From Sporopachydermia quercuum (Eukaryota), in NCBI GenBank assembly GCA_001599295.1, contig BCGN01000008.1, positions 992,001 through 1,056,000 on the forward strand: a DNA stretch of 64,000 nt, in the 5' to 3' direction. The number at the start of each line of letters is the position of its first letter. Positions within the stretch are counted from its first letter, which is position 1. The translations under genes and the position numbers were made by a program. A model generated the notes under the pieces. That model did not search any database, had not been told where the DNA came from, and saw nothing but the letters and a program-made list of their open reading frames with translations. Below are positions 11,301 through 23,080 of this stretch, piece by piece.

Positions 11301-11744
11301 ATAGGAGCTCTCGAATTCGAACACGATGATGGCACAACTCTGGACCTATTCCCAAAACCTGACTTCTCATTAAGCAGAAGTTCTAGCCAAGAAAAAGATA
11401 GTAATGAATTCTGTGAAATTGACTATGAACTACTGAGACTTTATGACATTGAAAATACATTATTAAAAGCTTCGGAAGCATGGGAAACCCCTGATAGTAT
11501 AGGAGTCATTCAATGGAAGCGGTTTGTTAACATAATAGCAAACGAGCTGAAGATATCAGAAACTGGAATGGTCCAGTTTGAAGAATCAATTGCAACGTTG
11601 AGACAAAGTATTGGAGACTATAAACCTGTTAGATCAAGACATTCAATAATTGCTTCTCACAGTATGACAGATCTGAAGAGGTTTAATAGGAGAAGTATAT
11701 CATTATCGACGTCTTTCTCCAAAGGGTTGAAACTATCAAAGTAA
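8388..11744 (+). CDS. BUD2: Ras-family GTPase-activating protein with PH-like/C2-like N-terminal region (Bud2-like)
   Basis: Arginine finger FRGNS, CEIDPSR, FLFLRYFCPAILNPKLF and RTLTLLAKILQ motifs. First ATG is at 8388; the track's 8238 start is TTG. Confidence 0.82.
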   Translation: MNPFSKRILSGKKSISSIFSSSSTKNNELNDLLLTKTLTDHISDSSNIYLKGNVDWMYPVSKDGTIWNSNTLEITRNGALIVXNDDSSLSLTVTNISSSNESTSSINTTSRSQKIHTNPKTVIVDYLQSSLIFIKTNNMTIHISPIRGKPVVLSIKSKESFATWCYGLIAWSRLRSGGLSSKFYLRAPKRTDDKGTLLVCHLKALTVSASTHSTESSSWFSCLAVLLKNGTIQLLQESSGNILYEIHTTSLLRQEIFSLGKNNILYLGINPDLRQSFPGLIIPTAPQEVFVPRGKTSSTSNGSSLSTLTSSPSSSHLGSSSHSSSSQPQTVKLLFSLPIDLEDWLLSLHSFALAVSTGPSYQQPESSLSPVSNLELDIINFELEQDFLTDSPDLHYYYLELVSGILLLGRTGVVATEQQVKVNSVFYKEEFIYEALPSAKGLAIRVKKAFGPRYSVDDSVIGELLLDLSQLQSSNALEEWYPVKAINPVNGXIGHLLLRGDLFTINVLAPAHYSYLQGLLSKQIPFSFISRLSQSENLQSTSKILLEIFISLNNQQQWISRLMDYELKDVLNYVNTLSPSKKKNLNNGSSSLLPDISVYNTAFRGNSLFSKTVELYCFKIGKDYLDKVIGKSIRKIVRENIDCEIDPSRTDEALLKENQIRLKNYMERLWKNIRDTTNELPTELRILFSEFRIKIARIVDPDYPENARLKVIYNAITGFLFLRYFCPAILNPKLFELLEIHPNLRVKRTLTLLAKILQTFANRTLFARKEAYMLPFNELLQEKSSEMIDYLDQITCIERNGDKNVEMNETSDLDLDMGLFSMKYDNREQDKGNSRTTTANTSTADDTAMTSSDKVPRPKLHIPNELLKELPTIPYFIDRNLRYALLVKNFTPAQLVSDGSNVSITNINSNTDKSTTDTTSNKTNTSTTINANNKENKDNSKDINNDKGTTALIKSKGNASLAIANSTSDIRIGALEFEHDDGTTLDLFPKPDFSLSRSSSQEKDSNEFCEIDYELLRLYDIENTLLKASEAWETPDSIGVIQWKRFVNIIANELKISETGMVQFEESIATLRQSIGDYKPVRSRHSIIASHSMTDLKRFNRRSISLSTSFSKGLKLSK

Positions 11745-12345
11745 ATAACAGCGGCATTTGGTAAAGGCTACTTCTAGAAATCATGTTTTGTTAGTTACGT
11801 GATACCTATATATGGTTATGGAAGATTTTATTACCGATGATATGAAATGAGATGATCTACTCAGCTGGTTTTATCTGCTAAGTGAGCGTTGAGCTATGGG
11901 AGTGGCAGATAAGTGGCAATTCTACTACTGTGTATTATTACTGTTGATAGTTGATACTTTATTGCTGTGCTTACTACTATTAACTACTTTCGCTGTTACA
12001 TCAATATACAATATCAAGAGATAATTTTATTAGCCATTTAGAAAGAACATTAATAGTTAATCAAATAAATGGTTCTCAGTTCATAGGAACAAGACATTCC
12101 TTTAATACATTATGGAATAATAAATAGTAGTGGTAATAATATAATATAATATAGTAGTAATCAAAAAGAAACAGAAGATATGAGGGGCTCAGCATATAAA
12201 AGCAAGTACAGCAGAGCAGAGCAATTAGACAACAAAGGTATGTGTTCATAAAATGATGATAACGACAAATGACAATTCAACAAGAACATGACACTTAACA
12301 GCATCGAGTTCCAATTCTCACAATCTCCTTATTCAAAATTCTTTT

Positions 12346-15300
12346 TTATCCTTCAAATCCATCAACACGGAAAGTCCATTGGGAATTCTCAGCATTGAAA
12401 TCAATAAACTTAACTCCTTCAACTGTCTTTAATTTATCAATGAACTTCTTCATCCTAGGATGTGAAGCATCCTTGATGGGTTTCAGAGTTCCAACAGAAA
12501 CTGGATAAACATTTTCTAGGGTGATTTTGGCTGGAACATTTAATCCTTGTCCTTTAGGTGGTCTCATAGTATCATCTTTATAAATACAACATGATCGGTT
12601 TCTGAATACAACCACGTTATTACAAATGTCGTACAATGATTCGAGTGAAGTGAGATCAACAGGATTAAGAAATTCCACATATCCGAATCCTTTTCTCCCA
12701 ACTTTGAGGTTAAAAACGGCTTGTAATTGGTTAGTAGGGAGTTTTCGTAGTTTCGATAGCTTAGGAGATGTCCAATAGCCCAAATCATCAATGGACTCAT
12801 CATCGGGAATAGCATCTTCAGGATCCACAATTTTCTCGACAGGTTTCGTTGATTGTTGGGTATTTACAGTTTCAGCTTGAGACTCTGTTCTTGTTTCCGC
12901 TGAGTGTATGGGTTTTGAAAGGAAAGGATCTGATGCACCATTAGCTTTAGCATTGCTGTTATTGGCCTTAATGTTACCGTTGGTGAGATTGTTGATAGAA
13001 TTACCATTACTAGCTGTACCATTAATACTCAAGGTATTGTTCGATCGTCTTTCACTCATTTCTGGTTTACTGTTATCGTTATTAATGTTATTATAACCAC
13101 TGGTTGTTCTTTTGCTTGGCGAAATTGATTCAAGCTTCTTTTCAACATTCAACGGCATGCTAGTATTTGGTAGTGGTTGAGGCTCTAAACCAGAAGAGGT
13201 AGTACCATCAGTAGTGATGACAGCTTTCCTTTGACCAGGATTTTCAACACACTTCAGTATGTCTGTAAGGAAGAAATCCTTCTTGCCGTTATTCTGGATC
13301 ATCAAGTTCTTAATATTAGAATTAGATTTAGTGAAAATGCTCTTTGAATTGTTTCCATTCACCGGTCCGTTATCCACTCCCATACTACGTAATCGTGAAT
13401 ATTTCATAGACGATGAAAACAACATATTTAATTTGGATTCATGACTAGTGGTTGCACCGGCTTTCTTAACTTTTCCTGAGCTATCGAATAGTTTAGCAAT
13501 AGGTACGGTTTTCTTTCCTTGACCATAGCGAGGAGTCTTAATAATACTAGAAAGCAATGGGGTTTCGTAAGGGTTGGAATTCAGGTTGTAGTTATTGTTC
13601 CTGTTAAGGATTGAGCTTGACATTGAGGTGATACCGTTAAGACCCGTTTGAGTTCCATTAGGTTGAGTATTAGAGAAGGCTTGTTGCGCAGAAGTATTGA
13701 AAAGAGAGCCTGTTGGTTGGTTAGTCGTCAATGTTGATCCAAAGGTATTGTTCGGTGCCTGAGCAGCTTGCCCAATAGTGTTACTGGTCCCAAAACCTGA
13801 ATTGTTGTTATTAACACCTCCTCCAAAGCCTGTGTTGATACCTTGAGTTTTATTGCCGAACAATCCTCCACTGGTGCCTGCTCCAAGAACCGAATTATTG
13901 GTGATATTGTTATTATTGTTACCAAAAAGTCCCCCAGAACCAAAACCAGTGTTAGTCGTAGTAGTGTTATTAGTAGTATTGTTATTATTACCAAAGCCAA
14001 AACCCGTACCAGTAGTTGCTGGTTTGTTACCGAAAAGACCACCGGAGGCAGTATTAGCAGCTCCAAATCCTGTGCCAGTGGTGTTGTTGCTTGCAGCACC
14101 AGCATTGTTATTAGCACCAAAGCCACCGAACAAGTTTGGCTTGGCAGCACCAGTGTTATTATTGGCATTGCCAAACAGTCCACCGGTGGTAGAAGTAGTA
14201 CCAGTGTTATTACCACCAAATAATCCACCACCAGAGCCAAACCCTGTGGTGCCAGTACTGGTAGCGTTGTTATTGCTGCCAAATAACCCTCCTGCTGTAG
14301 TAGTTGGGGGATTATTGTTACTACCAAAAAGCCCACCACTGGGAGTAGCGTTGGTATTACTAGTAGTGCCTGCTCCAAATCCAAACGCTGGTTTGGCTGC
14401 ATTGTTATTAGCAGCTCCAAAGCCAAACCCAGTGCTGGTAGTGCTAGTGTTATTGTTGGTAGTATTACTGCCAAAAAGACCACCACCCGTGGTAGTATTG
14501 TTATTGCTACCAAATANTCCTCCACCAGAGGCACTAGTAGTAGTGCTACCGGTGCCAAAAAGTCCGCCTGGTTTGGCTCCAAAGGCAGAAGTGGTTTGAT
14601 TATTGTTATTTGTATTACCAAATCCAAAGCCGGTGGAAGTATTGCTATTGGCACCAAATCCACCAGTTGTTGAATTGCTACCAAAAAGTCCCCCGCTAGT
14701 AGTGTTAGATGTACTTCCGAACAATCCACCCGGTTTATTAGCAGTGCTACCAAATAAACCACCGGTGGTATTGGCAGCATTGTTATTATTGCTGTTGTTC
14801 ATGCCAAATAATCCACCTGAAGTATTATTGCTATTATTGGTACTACCAAAGAGCCCACCAGAAGTTGTACTGTTAGAGCCAAATGGAGAACTACTAGTAT
14901 TACCAAACTGCGATTGAGTATTCGATCCAAATCCAGTAGAACCAAAAGCTGAAGAACCAAATCCAGTGGATGTTGTATTGGTGTTTTGGCCAAATGGTGA
15001 TGTTGTGTTGTTATTACTGCCAAAGCCTGTTGCTGTTTGACCAAATGGAGAACTGCTGGTAGCTGCTGTGGAACCAAAAGTTTTGGCCCCACTGAATCCA
15101 AATGGTGAGTTACTTGTAGCTGTGGTACTTCCAAATCCAGTAGATGTTTGACCAAAAGGAGCGTTGGTGTTGGTGGTGTTGTTGTTTGCAGCTCCAAATG
15201 GAGAACTATTGTTACTATTCATATTTCCATCACTGAAAATTCTATTGTGACCGTAATCTTGGAATCGCAATTCTTCAAAGGAAAAATCCTTATACTCTGG

Positions 15301-15843
15301 CATGAATCCAATGCTTTGGTAACAATTCATAACACCTGCTACGTTATCTTTTTCGTTGAATGGTTTGAAAGGAACTGATCCTGTGCCATTGGTTTGGGTT
15401 CCGCTGACGGATTGGCCAAACACGGAAGCGGTATTAGTACTACCAAACGCTCCCCCGCTGGTGCTCCCAAAGCCACCAAATCCACTAGAAGGTTTTGACC
15501 CAAAGAATCCTCCCGTTGAGTTTGATGATGGTGTAGTAGGTTGCCCGAATGGACCCGATGCATTAGTATTGGTGGTACCAAAGGGAGCACTGTTAGTATT
15601 ACTGCCAAAGGGTGATGTGCTGGTGTTAGAGGACCCAAACAAACCTCCTCCGGTGTTGGCATTGGTAGAACCAAAAGGAGCACTTGTCGTGGTGGTATTG
15701 TTATTATTAGAATTAGAGAACAATGAGTTACCAAATGACATTGATCCAGTGTTATTATTGGTACTGGCTCCACCAAAAGGTGTATTGCTACTGTTGCTAG
15801 TAGTATTACTAGCTCCAAAGGAAAAGCTGGGTTTGCTGAACAT
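12346..15843 (-). CDS. NUP116: GLFG nucleoporin, Nup116/Nup100 type
   Basis: Many FG/GLFG repeats. GLEBS motif YQSIGFMPEYKDFSFEELRFQDY. C-terminal Nup98-type domain (YWTSP...VGRKGFGYVEF..PVDL...GQGLNVPAKITLEN...WTFRV). First ATG at 15843. Confidence 0.85.
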   Translation of the reverse strand: MFSKPSFSFGASNTTSNSSNTPFGGASTNNNTGSMSFGNSLFSNSNNNNTTTTSAPFGSTNANTGGGLFGSSNTSTSPFGSNTNSAPFGTTNTNASGPFGQPTTPSSNSTGGFFGSKPSSGFGGFGSTSGGAFGSTNTASVFGQSVSGTQTNGTGSVPFKPFNEKDNVAGVMNCYQSIGFMPEYKDFSFEELRFQDYGHNRIFSDGNMNSNNSSPFGAANNNTTNTNAPFGQTSTGFGSTTATSNSPFGFSGAKTFGSTAATSSSPFGQTATGFGSNNNTTSPFGQNTNTTSTGFGSSAFGSTGFGSNTQSQFGNTSSSPFGSNSTTSGGLFGSTNNSNNTSGGLFGMNNSNNNNAANTTGGLFGSTANKPGGLFGSTSNTTSGGLFGSNSTTGGFGANSNTSTGFGFGNTNNNNQTTSAFGAKPGGLFGTGSTTTSASGGGXFGSNNNTTTGGGLFGSNTTNNNTSTTSTGFGFGAANNNAAKPAFGFGAGTTSNTNATPSGGLFGSNNNPPTTTAGGLFGSNNNATSTGTTGFGSGGGLFGGNNTGTTSTTGGLFGNANNNTGAAKPNLFGGFGANNNAGAASNNTTGTGFGAANTASGGLFGNKPATTGTGFGFGNNNNTTNNTTTTNTGFGSGGLFGNNNNNITNNSVLGAGTSGGLFGNKTQGINTGFGGGVNNNNSGFGTSNTIGQAAQAPNNTFGSTLTTNQPTGSLFNTSAQQAFSNTQPNGTQTGLNGITSMSSSILNRNNNYNLNSNPYETPLLSSIIKTPRYGQGKKTVPIAKLFDSSGKVKKAGATTSHESKLNMLFSSSMKYSRLRSMGVDNGPVNGNNSKSIFTKSNSNIKNLMIQNNGKKDFFLTDILKCVENPGQRKAVITTDGTTSSGLEPQPLPNTSMPLNVEKKLESISPSKRTTSGYNNINNDNSKPEMSERRSNNTLSINGTASNGNSINNLTNGNIKANNSNAKANGASDPFLSKPIHSAETRTESQAETVNTQQSTKPVEKIVDPEDAIPDDESIDDLGYWTSPKLSKLRKLPTNQLQAVFNLKVGRKGFGYVEFLNPVDLTSLESLYDICNNVVVFRNRSCCIYKDDTMRPPKGQGLNVPAKITLENVYPVSVGTLKPIKDASHPRMKKFIDKLKTVEGVKFIDFNAENSQWTFRVDGFEG

Positions 15844-16845
15844 GTTTGGATGAATTACGGAAGCCAAGAGTTCAAACGTTCAAAGGTTCAAATAGTTGTT
15901 ACTGTCGCTGTAATCACTTCGATTGTACTATCAAATACTAATACTTGCCTTAGTTACGATTATTTCAATAAAATAACGCTATTAATGCTGCTTATATTAT
16001 GCTGTTATTTTATCCTCACTTTTGCAGAGTATATGATCAAATTAACACCAGAACGATATCGATCGCAAAACTTCGTTTAAGGTAAATCACAAAATATATA
16101 GAGATTCTTGTCTCTATTCCTGATAAACTACTGCTTTGTTTGATATTCAACTGTTTCTTCACACTGTAATTCAATGTATGTACTGATCAGTCAAACAATT
16201 AAAGTAATAACAGCAATGATACCATTCGGATCAACACAACAAACGTTTACACCAATTTCAATCAATGACAATCTATAGAACCAACCATTTAGATATGTTG
16301 ATTTTATCAATAACGTGTTTAATGCTGTTCGATTTGAGTGATAATTAATATATCTAATTGATATAACTAGCGTTTGATCTGGTTGTAAGAAGAAGAGTGT
16401 CATTGTTATGTCTTTTTGTTTGCCCTTTTCTTGTGTGGTAATAAAGTGTGGATTTTGTCCTACTATGAAATTGTGACATATCCAAAGTTTTGATTCCCTA
16501 AAAAAGCAATAGGGTATCACGTGATACAATGGTTTTGGAATTCGGAAATAATATGTTCTTACCCTGAGAATCGGAAATAATAAGAATAAAAATTGGCAGT
16601 ATCTCCAGGACAAAATGTTCGGACAATTTCTAACTCATTCATCTCATCTCTGTCCGGGAAGACGCGTTAAAAACGCCCCGGACGGGCACCTTCTGTTGAA
16701 CCTTTATGAAAAATAAATTCTCCGTTTCCATCAAATCATCATAAACTAATTAGAATGTTGATCTACAAGCTCTCATGTCTATTTTTGAGTAGTAAATATG
16801 ATTTTCTGATAAATTCAACATTCCTAGCTCATATTGTATTAGCTT

Positions 16846-19800
16846 ATGACTTCTGAGAAACGAAATATCCCAAAATCCACGTCCCTTCCTAAGAGTCATA
16901 ATATTGATACCTCCCCTATAGAGACATCAAGAGGATCGCCAGTTTATAGGCAACATAGCAATCAGACCTCAGTTGTTGCTGTCCCTTCGTCATCGTCACC
17001 AGTGAAGGAACTTGATTTATTAACCTCCTCGCCTGTGCAGATCAACAGATCGTACCACCAAAATTAAACAAAATGGCCGAGAATGGCAAATCGAGCAAAG
17101 TTGAGTACTCTCATGCATTATTATTCAAGTCAGTTAAACCTCGAGTGATTCCTTCGCCAGCTTCAGAACCTGGAAAGGATTCTAAAGAACTTTTTGCAAA
17201 TACATCTTCAAATGACTCTGCTGAATTCTCACAGTTTGCCTCTTCCTTGAGAGAGAAGTTTTCTTTCAAGCCTCGATCACCGTCACTCACACCTGGTCAG
17301 GAATCCAATGATGAGAGGGCACCAGTCAAAAATAATGAAGAGTCATTTGAGCTGAATCTTGCCAGATTAAAGAAGAGATTCCCTCATGTTAACGCTGCAG
17401 TTGTGTCATCAACACTAAGAATAACCAATAACTATGAAACAGCTTTCAGAAAGCTTGATGATGTGTACATTGCTAGAAAGCCAACAAATATCAAGACTGA
17501 GCCTGTAAAAGAGCTTCCGTCTTTAAAGCAGAATATGTCGCCAAAGAACAAAAGATCTTTAGCTGAAAAGTATGGATCAAGCAGTGCGAATGCCAAAGAA
17601 GAAATCAAACCAAAGAGAAGATTAGTCAAAGGCTCTGAACGTAATAGAGAAAGCTCGGTATCCAGCTCCAGTCATTCTACTCCTAATCCTCATATTTGTA
17701 TGCCTACCATTAGTAACTCCAGTAATACTGATATATCGAATACTAGGAAAGCTATTGATATAAACTCTGATTTAGAAGATGACGATTTACTTGAGTTGGA
17801 TCGCGAGATAATCGATTCTGACTCGGACTCTGATGCATCTGTTGAAGATAATGACAGTGCTCATGATTTCGATAAGAAGCTGATAAATTTTCTAAATACG
17901 GCTTCAGAAAACGATATAGCTAGTGTTGCTAATACTTCTGTTGAGACTGCCGATCTCATTATTTCAAAACGACCGTTTAACTCGATTGACGATGTTCTAG
18001 CTGTTGATAATAGCACCAATAAAAGAAGAGGTAGAACTTTAGGTACAAGGATTATTGAAGAATGTCATGATACTCTGAAAGGATATGAAGCTGTAGATAC
18101 CTTGATTAAAAAGTGTGCGGATTACGGAAACCAAATTTCCAAGGAAATGACCAAATGGGGCATAAACGTTGATGGTTCTAAAGGTGAGCTTGAAATAACG
18201 GAGCTTGATGGTATGGACGAAGATGTTAGTACTACCAGTATTAAGAACAAACCATCCTTAATTACTGAAAAGCCAAATATAATGGCCAAGAATTTCGATT
18301 TGAAAACGTATCAACTAATTGGTATAAGTTGGTTGTTTTTGTTATATCGCAAAGGTCTTTCGTGCATTCTTGCTGATGAAATGGGACTAGGCAAAACTTT
18401 ACAGGTTATTGCATTTCTTGCTCATTTGAAAGAATCTGGTTATCAAGGACCTCATTTAATTGTGGTTCCTGCCTCAACACTAGAAAACTGGTTACGTGAG
18501 TTTCAGAAATTTTGTCCTAATACATTATCCATTGAGCCTTATTATGGATCACAGAAAGAAAGAATTGATTTGAGGTATCGTCTGATGAATACCAAGTTTG
18601 ATATTATGGTGACTACCTATAATCTTGCTACGGGTGGCAAAAATGATGTTGGTTTCCTCAAGTCTTTTCAGTTCAACTGTTGTGTCTACGACGAAGGTCA
18701 TATGCTCAAGAATAGTGATAGTGAGAGATACAACAAGCTTATGAAATTGAGAGCGAAGTTCCGGCTGTTATTAACCGGTACTCCTTTGCAAAATAACTTA
18801 AGAGAATTGGTCTCGTTATTAGCCTTTATATTACCTAAGCTTTTCCAGGACAATCGGGATACGTTAAAGACGATTTTCAAAGCCAAATTGAAAACCACGG
18901 ATCAACAAAGTGGCTCAATTGTAAATGCTGCTTTTTTGTCGCAGGAGAGAATCACCAGGGCAAAGAGAATGATGACACCATTTGTTTTAAGAAGAAAGAA
19001 AGATCAAGTGTTGAAACATTTACCAGAGAAAACTCATAAAGTTATTTACTGCGAAATGGGCGAACAACAAAGAGCTATTTATAACGAACAGATAGCTACT
19101 GCGAAGAAAAATATCCAAGATAAAAAAGAAGGTATTGCCAATAATGGGTCATCCTCAAATGTTATGATGAGTTTAAGAAAAGCAGCAATTCATCAGCTGC
19201 TATTTAGAAACTTGTATAATGAAAGAATTTTGAGGAAAATGTCCAGACAGATTATGTATGAAGATTGCTATCAAGATGCAAATATGCAGTTTATATTTGA
19301 AGATATGGAAGTAATGAGTGATTACGAATTGCATTTGTTGTCCTGCAAATTCAAATCTATTTCAAAATTCAGACTGGTCAAAGATGAGTGGATGGATTCC
19401 GGTAAAGTGCAGAAGTTGAAGGAAATATTACAAGAAAGACTTGGTAATGGTGATCGTGTGTTGATATTCTCTCAATTCACCTTGGTACTAGATATATTAG
19501 AATCAGTATTAAGTACATTGGAGTATAAGTTTTTAAGATTAGATGGGTCAACTCCAGTTGATCAAAGGCAAGATTTGATAGATAAGTACTATGAAGATAA
19601 TACAATACCTGTTTTCCTGTTATCAACAAAAGCAGGAGGATTTGGAATTAATTTAGCATGTGCCAATGTTGTTGTTATCTTTGATTTGAGTTTCAATCCT
19701 CATGATGATAAACAAGCTGAAGATAGAGCTCATAGAGTAGGACAACAGAGAGAAGTTGAAGTTATAAGACTTGTGTGTAAGGATAGTATTGAGGAGAATA

Positions 19801-19916
19801 TTTTGGCGCTGGCCAATAATAAAATAGCTCTTGATCACCATGTATCTGGAGAAGAGGATCCTGAAGCTGAAACACAGAACATGTCATTAGTCAAGGAAAT
19901 GTTGTTTGGTAAGTGA
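16846..19916 (+). CDS. FUN30: SNF2-family chromatin remodeller Fun30/SMARCAD1 (main ORF 17073..19916; 16846..17067 is a probable N-terminus offset by one base)
   Basis: ILADEMGLGKT, DEGH, LLTGTPLQNNL, FLLSTKAGGFGINL, FNPHDDKQAEDRAHRVGQ motifs, plus a CUE-like segment (LKKRFPHV). Confidence 0.92.
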
Positions 19917-21622
19917 GATAATGCTTAGGGGTTTCATAAGAATGATAGATTCATTGATGAAACGGCTTTAGATGTAGTGATATAGATAGACTTTTTTATG
20001 GCATGTCTTTATACTGTTTTAAAAGTTAGTTATTGTGGTGGTAGAGGTATGACATTGGATATGTATAGAGAATGAATGATAAAGTATAACTCCTAGCACT
20101 GAAAGCAGCATAGAGAAGTTGATAATGTGGTAAGTGATTGGGAGATTGTAAAAGCTATTGGAGATTTAAGTTGCCATGCTAAAGCCTAGGAAATGAAAAC
20201 ACATAAAGGAGATCATCAAGAAGGAACTTCATATGTTCACTTTTTCAATCAAAATTGTTTCTTGTTCAGCTAATACTCCTATTCATTTCACCAGTTGCAA
20301 ACCTCTGAAAGAAGATATAACCCAGCTTTCTATGTTCTCTGTTGGATTATTGCTTTTATAAGAAACAACTGATGTTTCACCAGTGCTTTCAATTCTCCAT
20401 ATAAGGCACTATCGTCACGTGTGTCCGGGAAGACTGTTAGACAATTAAAGTTTTGTAGCTTGCATGCATTATTCATGCTGGAATGAAGCTTGTTTCAGAA
20501 CTGTATAATCGATCGAAACACAGTTGTCAGAGACAATATTACTGAAAATACACGAAGCAGAAAACATCATTTCACTTATCTATCGAACAATCATGATAAT
20601 CAACAAGTTTAAATTATCTTTTTCAGTAAGCTATGTCATCAATCAGCTCGTATATTCTTTCTTCTTACCATTATCCATAAGTCTGTCGAATCGCCCCCAT
20701 TATACCCCGCCTTCAATTTCATACTTCTAAGCTGGAAATCCTCAGCTTGACGCAGTAATTATGCATTATTTATGCAAAATTTCACTCCTTACTAACTATT
20801 AGTACATTTCCCTCATTCTTTCAACTAATCAGCAACCTACAAANATTTTACGCTCTGCGACAACTCAACAATATCCCACTTAAACCTGCGACAAATAACG
20901 CCAGCTTTGCTCCTTGAATACGTTACAGCTATTGCCTTTAGTTCCCATTAGTACTNATATCCTGGAAACAAACTCCGAACTACTTCCCCTGTCTGAAATC
21001 TTTCTTCGAACTTAATCCCTTTTNGTCTAAGACAATAAACTTTTTTCAAACCCTATTTTATCACTCACCGGATCATCTCAGAAAATTTATTTGAGAATAT
21101 CAGATAGGATGAATCATTTTTTCATTTTGGTACTATTTCTTTTTCTGTTCTGACGAAGGTATTATATCTAGTGATCTGTCTGATTGATGCTTGAACACTA
21201 AAGTACAATATTACAATATTCTGTCAGTCTTAACTCATTGTTTGTTCTCTATTAGATTGCAATAAACAGAAACAGTAGTAGAAAGTGGCAAGTTGATAGC
21301 AGCTGTGAAATTGGATGGAGTTAGGATAACGACATAATAGTTGGCTTGTCAAGCAAACTCCACATTATTTTTGCTAATAGGTTGTAAAATTGAAAGCTCT
21401 TACATACATCTTAGACGATCACACCTCAAGCTTTACCCTTAGATGCAAAGGTCTGGTGATAAATGCAAACCTATAGGATTTGTTCTTTCTGTGATGCCTC
21501 ATCCATCACTCAATTGAATTCGATAAAGAAAACACCCAAACTGTTCGATTAAGTACTATTATTGTTATTATTATTGTTGTTGTTATTATCGTTATAATTG
21601 TAATTATATCAGAACATTAACA

Positions 21623-23080
21623 ATGAGTCATATAAACAACTCAGATCCTCATATTCATGATCCGGATCCGTTAGATGATCCTACAGAGGTACCTCTTGAA
21701 AGCCTAACACATTCAGGTAGTGAATACACTGAAACCAACGACACCGTACCTGAGAGCACATCGCAAGATGCTGTCAGTGATGCAAGTGACAGCGATGATG
21801 ATTCAGACTTGATAATACATTCAGATCCTGAAACTGAACACTTTTTACCGCATGGCGTTAATGGTAGCTCTGATTCATTATCTAGCCTTATCAACAATAC
21901 TATCCCTATTAGGAATACTACTAGTTCTTCATTCATNACAAGATGGAAAGAGAAGTTTTTTGCATCGAAAGCCCAATTCTATGATCCAAATGTTGGTGTA
22001 TTATTGATGTTATTATCACAGTTTTTCAACTCGATTATGATTGTCACTTGCAAGTTGCTGGAAGATGACCCTTCCTCAACAGAGTCAATTCACCCTCTAC
22101 AAATCCTATTTGTTAGAATGATCATCACATATACTTTTTGCTTCTTATACATGAAAGCTACAAAAGTTCCTGATTGCGTTTTGGGTCCTAAAGGTATTCG
22201 TTGGTTACTAATGATAAGAGGCACTACTGGATTCTTTGGAGTCTTTGGTTTATATTATTCTCTACAATATTTGTCTGTTCCCGATGCAACAGTAATTACA
22301 TTCTTAGTACCTACGATGGCAGCCTTATTAGCATGGATTGTACTCAGAGAACGGTTCACATTGNTTGAGGCAGCTGGAGGATTGGTATCTTTACTGGGAG
22401 TTGTTATTATTGCTCGTCCTACTTTTATTTTCCATAACCGTTCTAATGAAGCAGAAGAAAGTGGGACCATTGATGATAGAGAAAAAGCAACAGCAGTAGC
22501 ATTGTTAGGAGTTCTTGGTGCATCGTCTGCTATGGTTTCTATTAGAAGCATAGGTAAAAGGGCTCATCCGTTGATCTCTGTGTCGTACTTTTCTGCTTGG
22601 TGCTGCCTAGTTTCTTTCTTCTCCTTGCTTTTCATTCCAGGGCTCAGTTTCAAGCTTCCCACCTCAATGAATCAATGGCTGTTGTTTGGATTACTTGGTT
22701 TTGCTGGGTTTTTCATGCAGTTTTGCTTAACTGCTGGTCTGCAAAGAGAGCGTGCAGGAAGAGCTGCTGCTGTTCTATACTGCCAGATGATATTTGCTTT
22801 GTTCTGGGAAGGCCTCATCTGGAACAAGTTCCCAGGGTTCTGGTCATGTGTTGGAGCTTTCATTATCATTGGCTCAGCTCTGACAGTCACATACTTCAAG
22901 CCAGTTATAGATCAGACAGGTAGACCTGTTCCTAACAGGAACAACCAAGCCGGTATTTTAGCGGTTGACGATGATGATAGAAATAGAAGTAATTCACTGA
23001 TTATCGAATTGGGATTACCGGTGAGTGTTGAAATGGAGACAATTGAAGAGAATGACAGGAAAGGGAAAGAAATTGTTTGA
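21623..23080 (+). CDS. EamA/DMT-superfamily membrane transporter (YMR253C/YPL264C-like)
   Basis: About 10 hydrophobic helices in two EamA repeats. HPLQILFVRM, RGTTGFFGVFGLYYSLQYL, GVVIIARPTFIF and TAGLQRERAGR motifs; acidic N-terminal tail. Confidence 0.88.
   Translation: MSHINNSDPHIHDPDPLDDPTEVPLESLTHSGSEYTETNDTVPESTSQDAVSDASDSDDDSDLIIHSDPETEHFLPHGVNGSSDSLSSLINNTIPIRNTTSSSFXTRWKEKFFASKAQFYDPNVGVLLMLLSQFFNSIMIVTCKLLEDDPSSTESIHPLQILFVRMIITYTFCFLYMKATKVPDCVLGPKGIRWLLMIRGTTGFFGVFGLYYSLQYLSVPDATVITFLVPTMAALLAWIVLRERFTLXEAAGGLVSLLGVVIIARPTFIFHNRSNEAEESGTIDDREKATAVALLGVLGASSAMVSIRSIGKRAHPLISVSYFSAWCCLVSFFSLLFIPGLSFKLPTSMNQWLLFGLLGFAGFFMQFCLTAGLQRERAGRAAAVLYCQMIFALFWEGLIWNKFPGFWSCVGAFIIIGSALTVTYFKPVIDQTGRPVPNRNNQAGILAVDDDDRNRSNSLIIELGLPVSVEMETIEENDRKGKEIV

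Noticed and set aside
13728..15853. Long alternative-frame and antisense ORFs over the nucleoporin
   Set aside because: Shadow ORFs caused by stop-poor Gly/Asn/Thr repeat codons.
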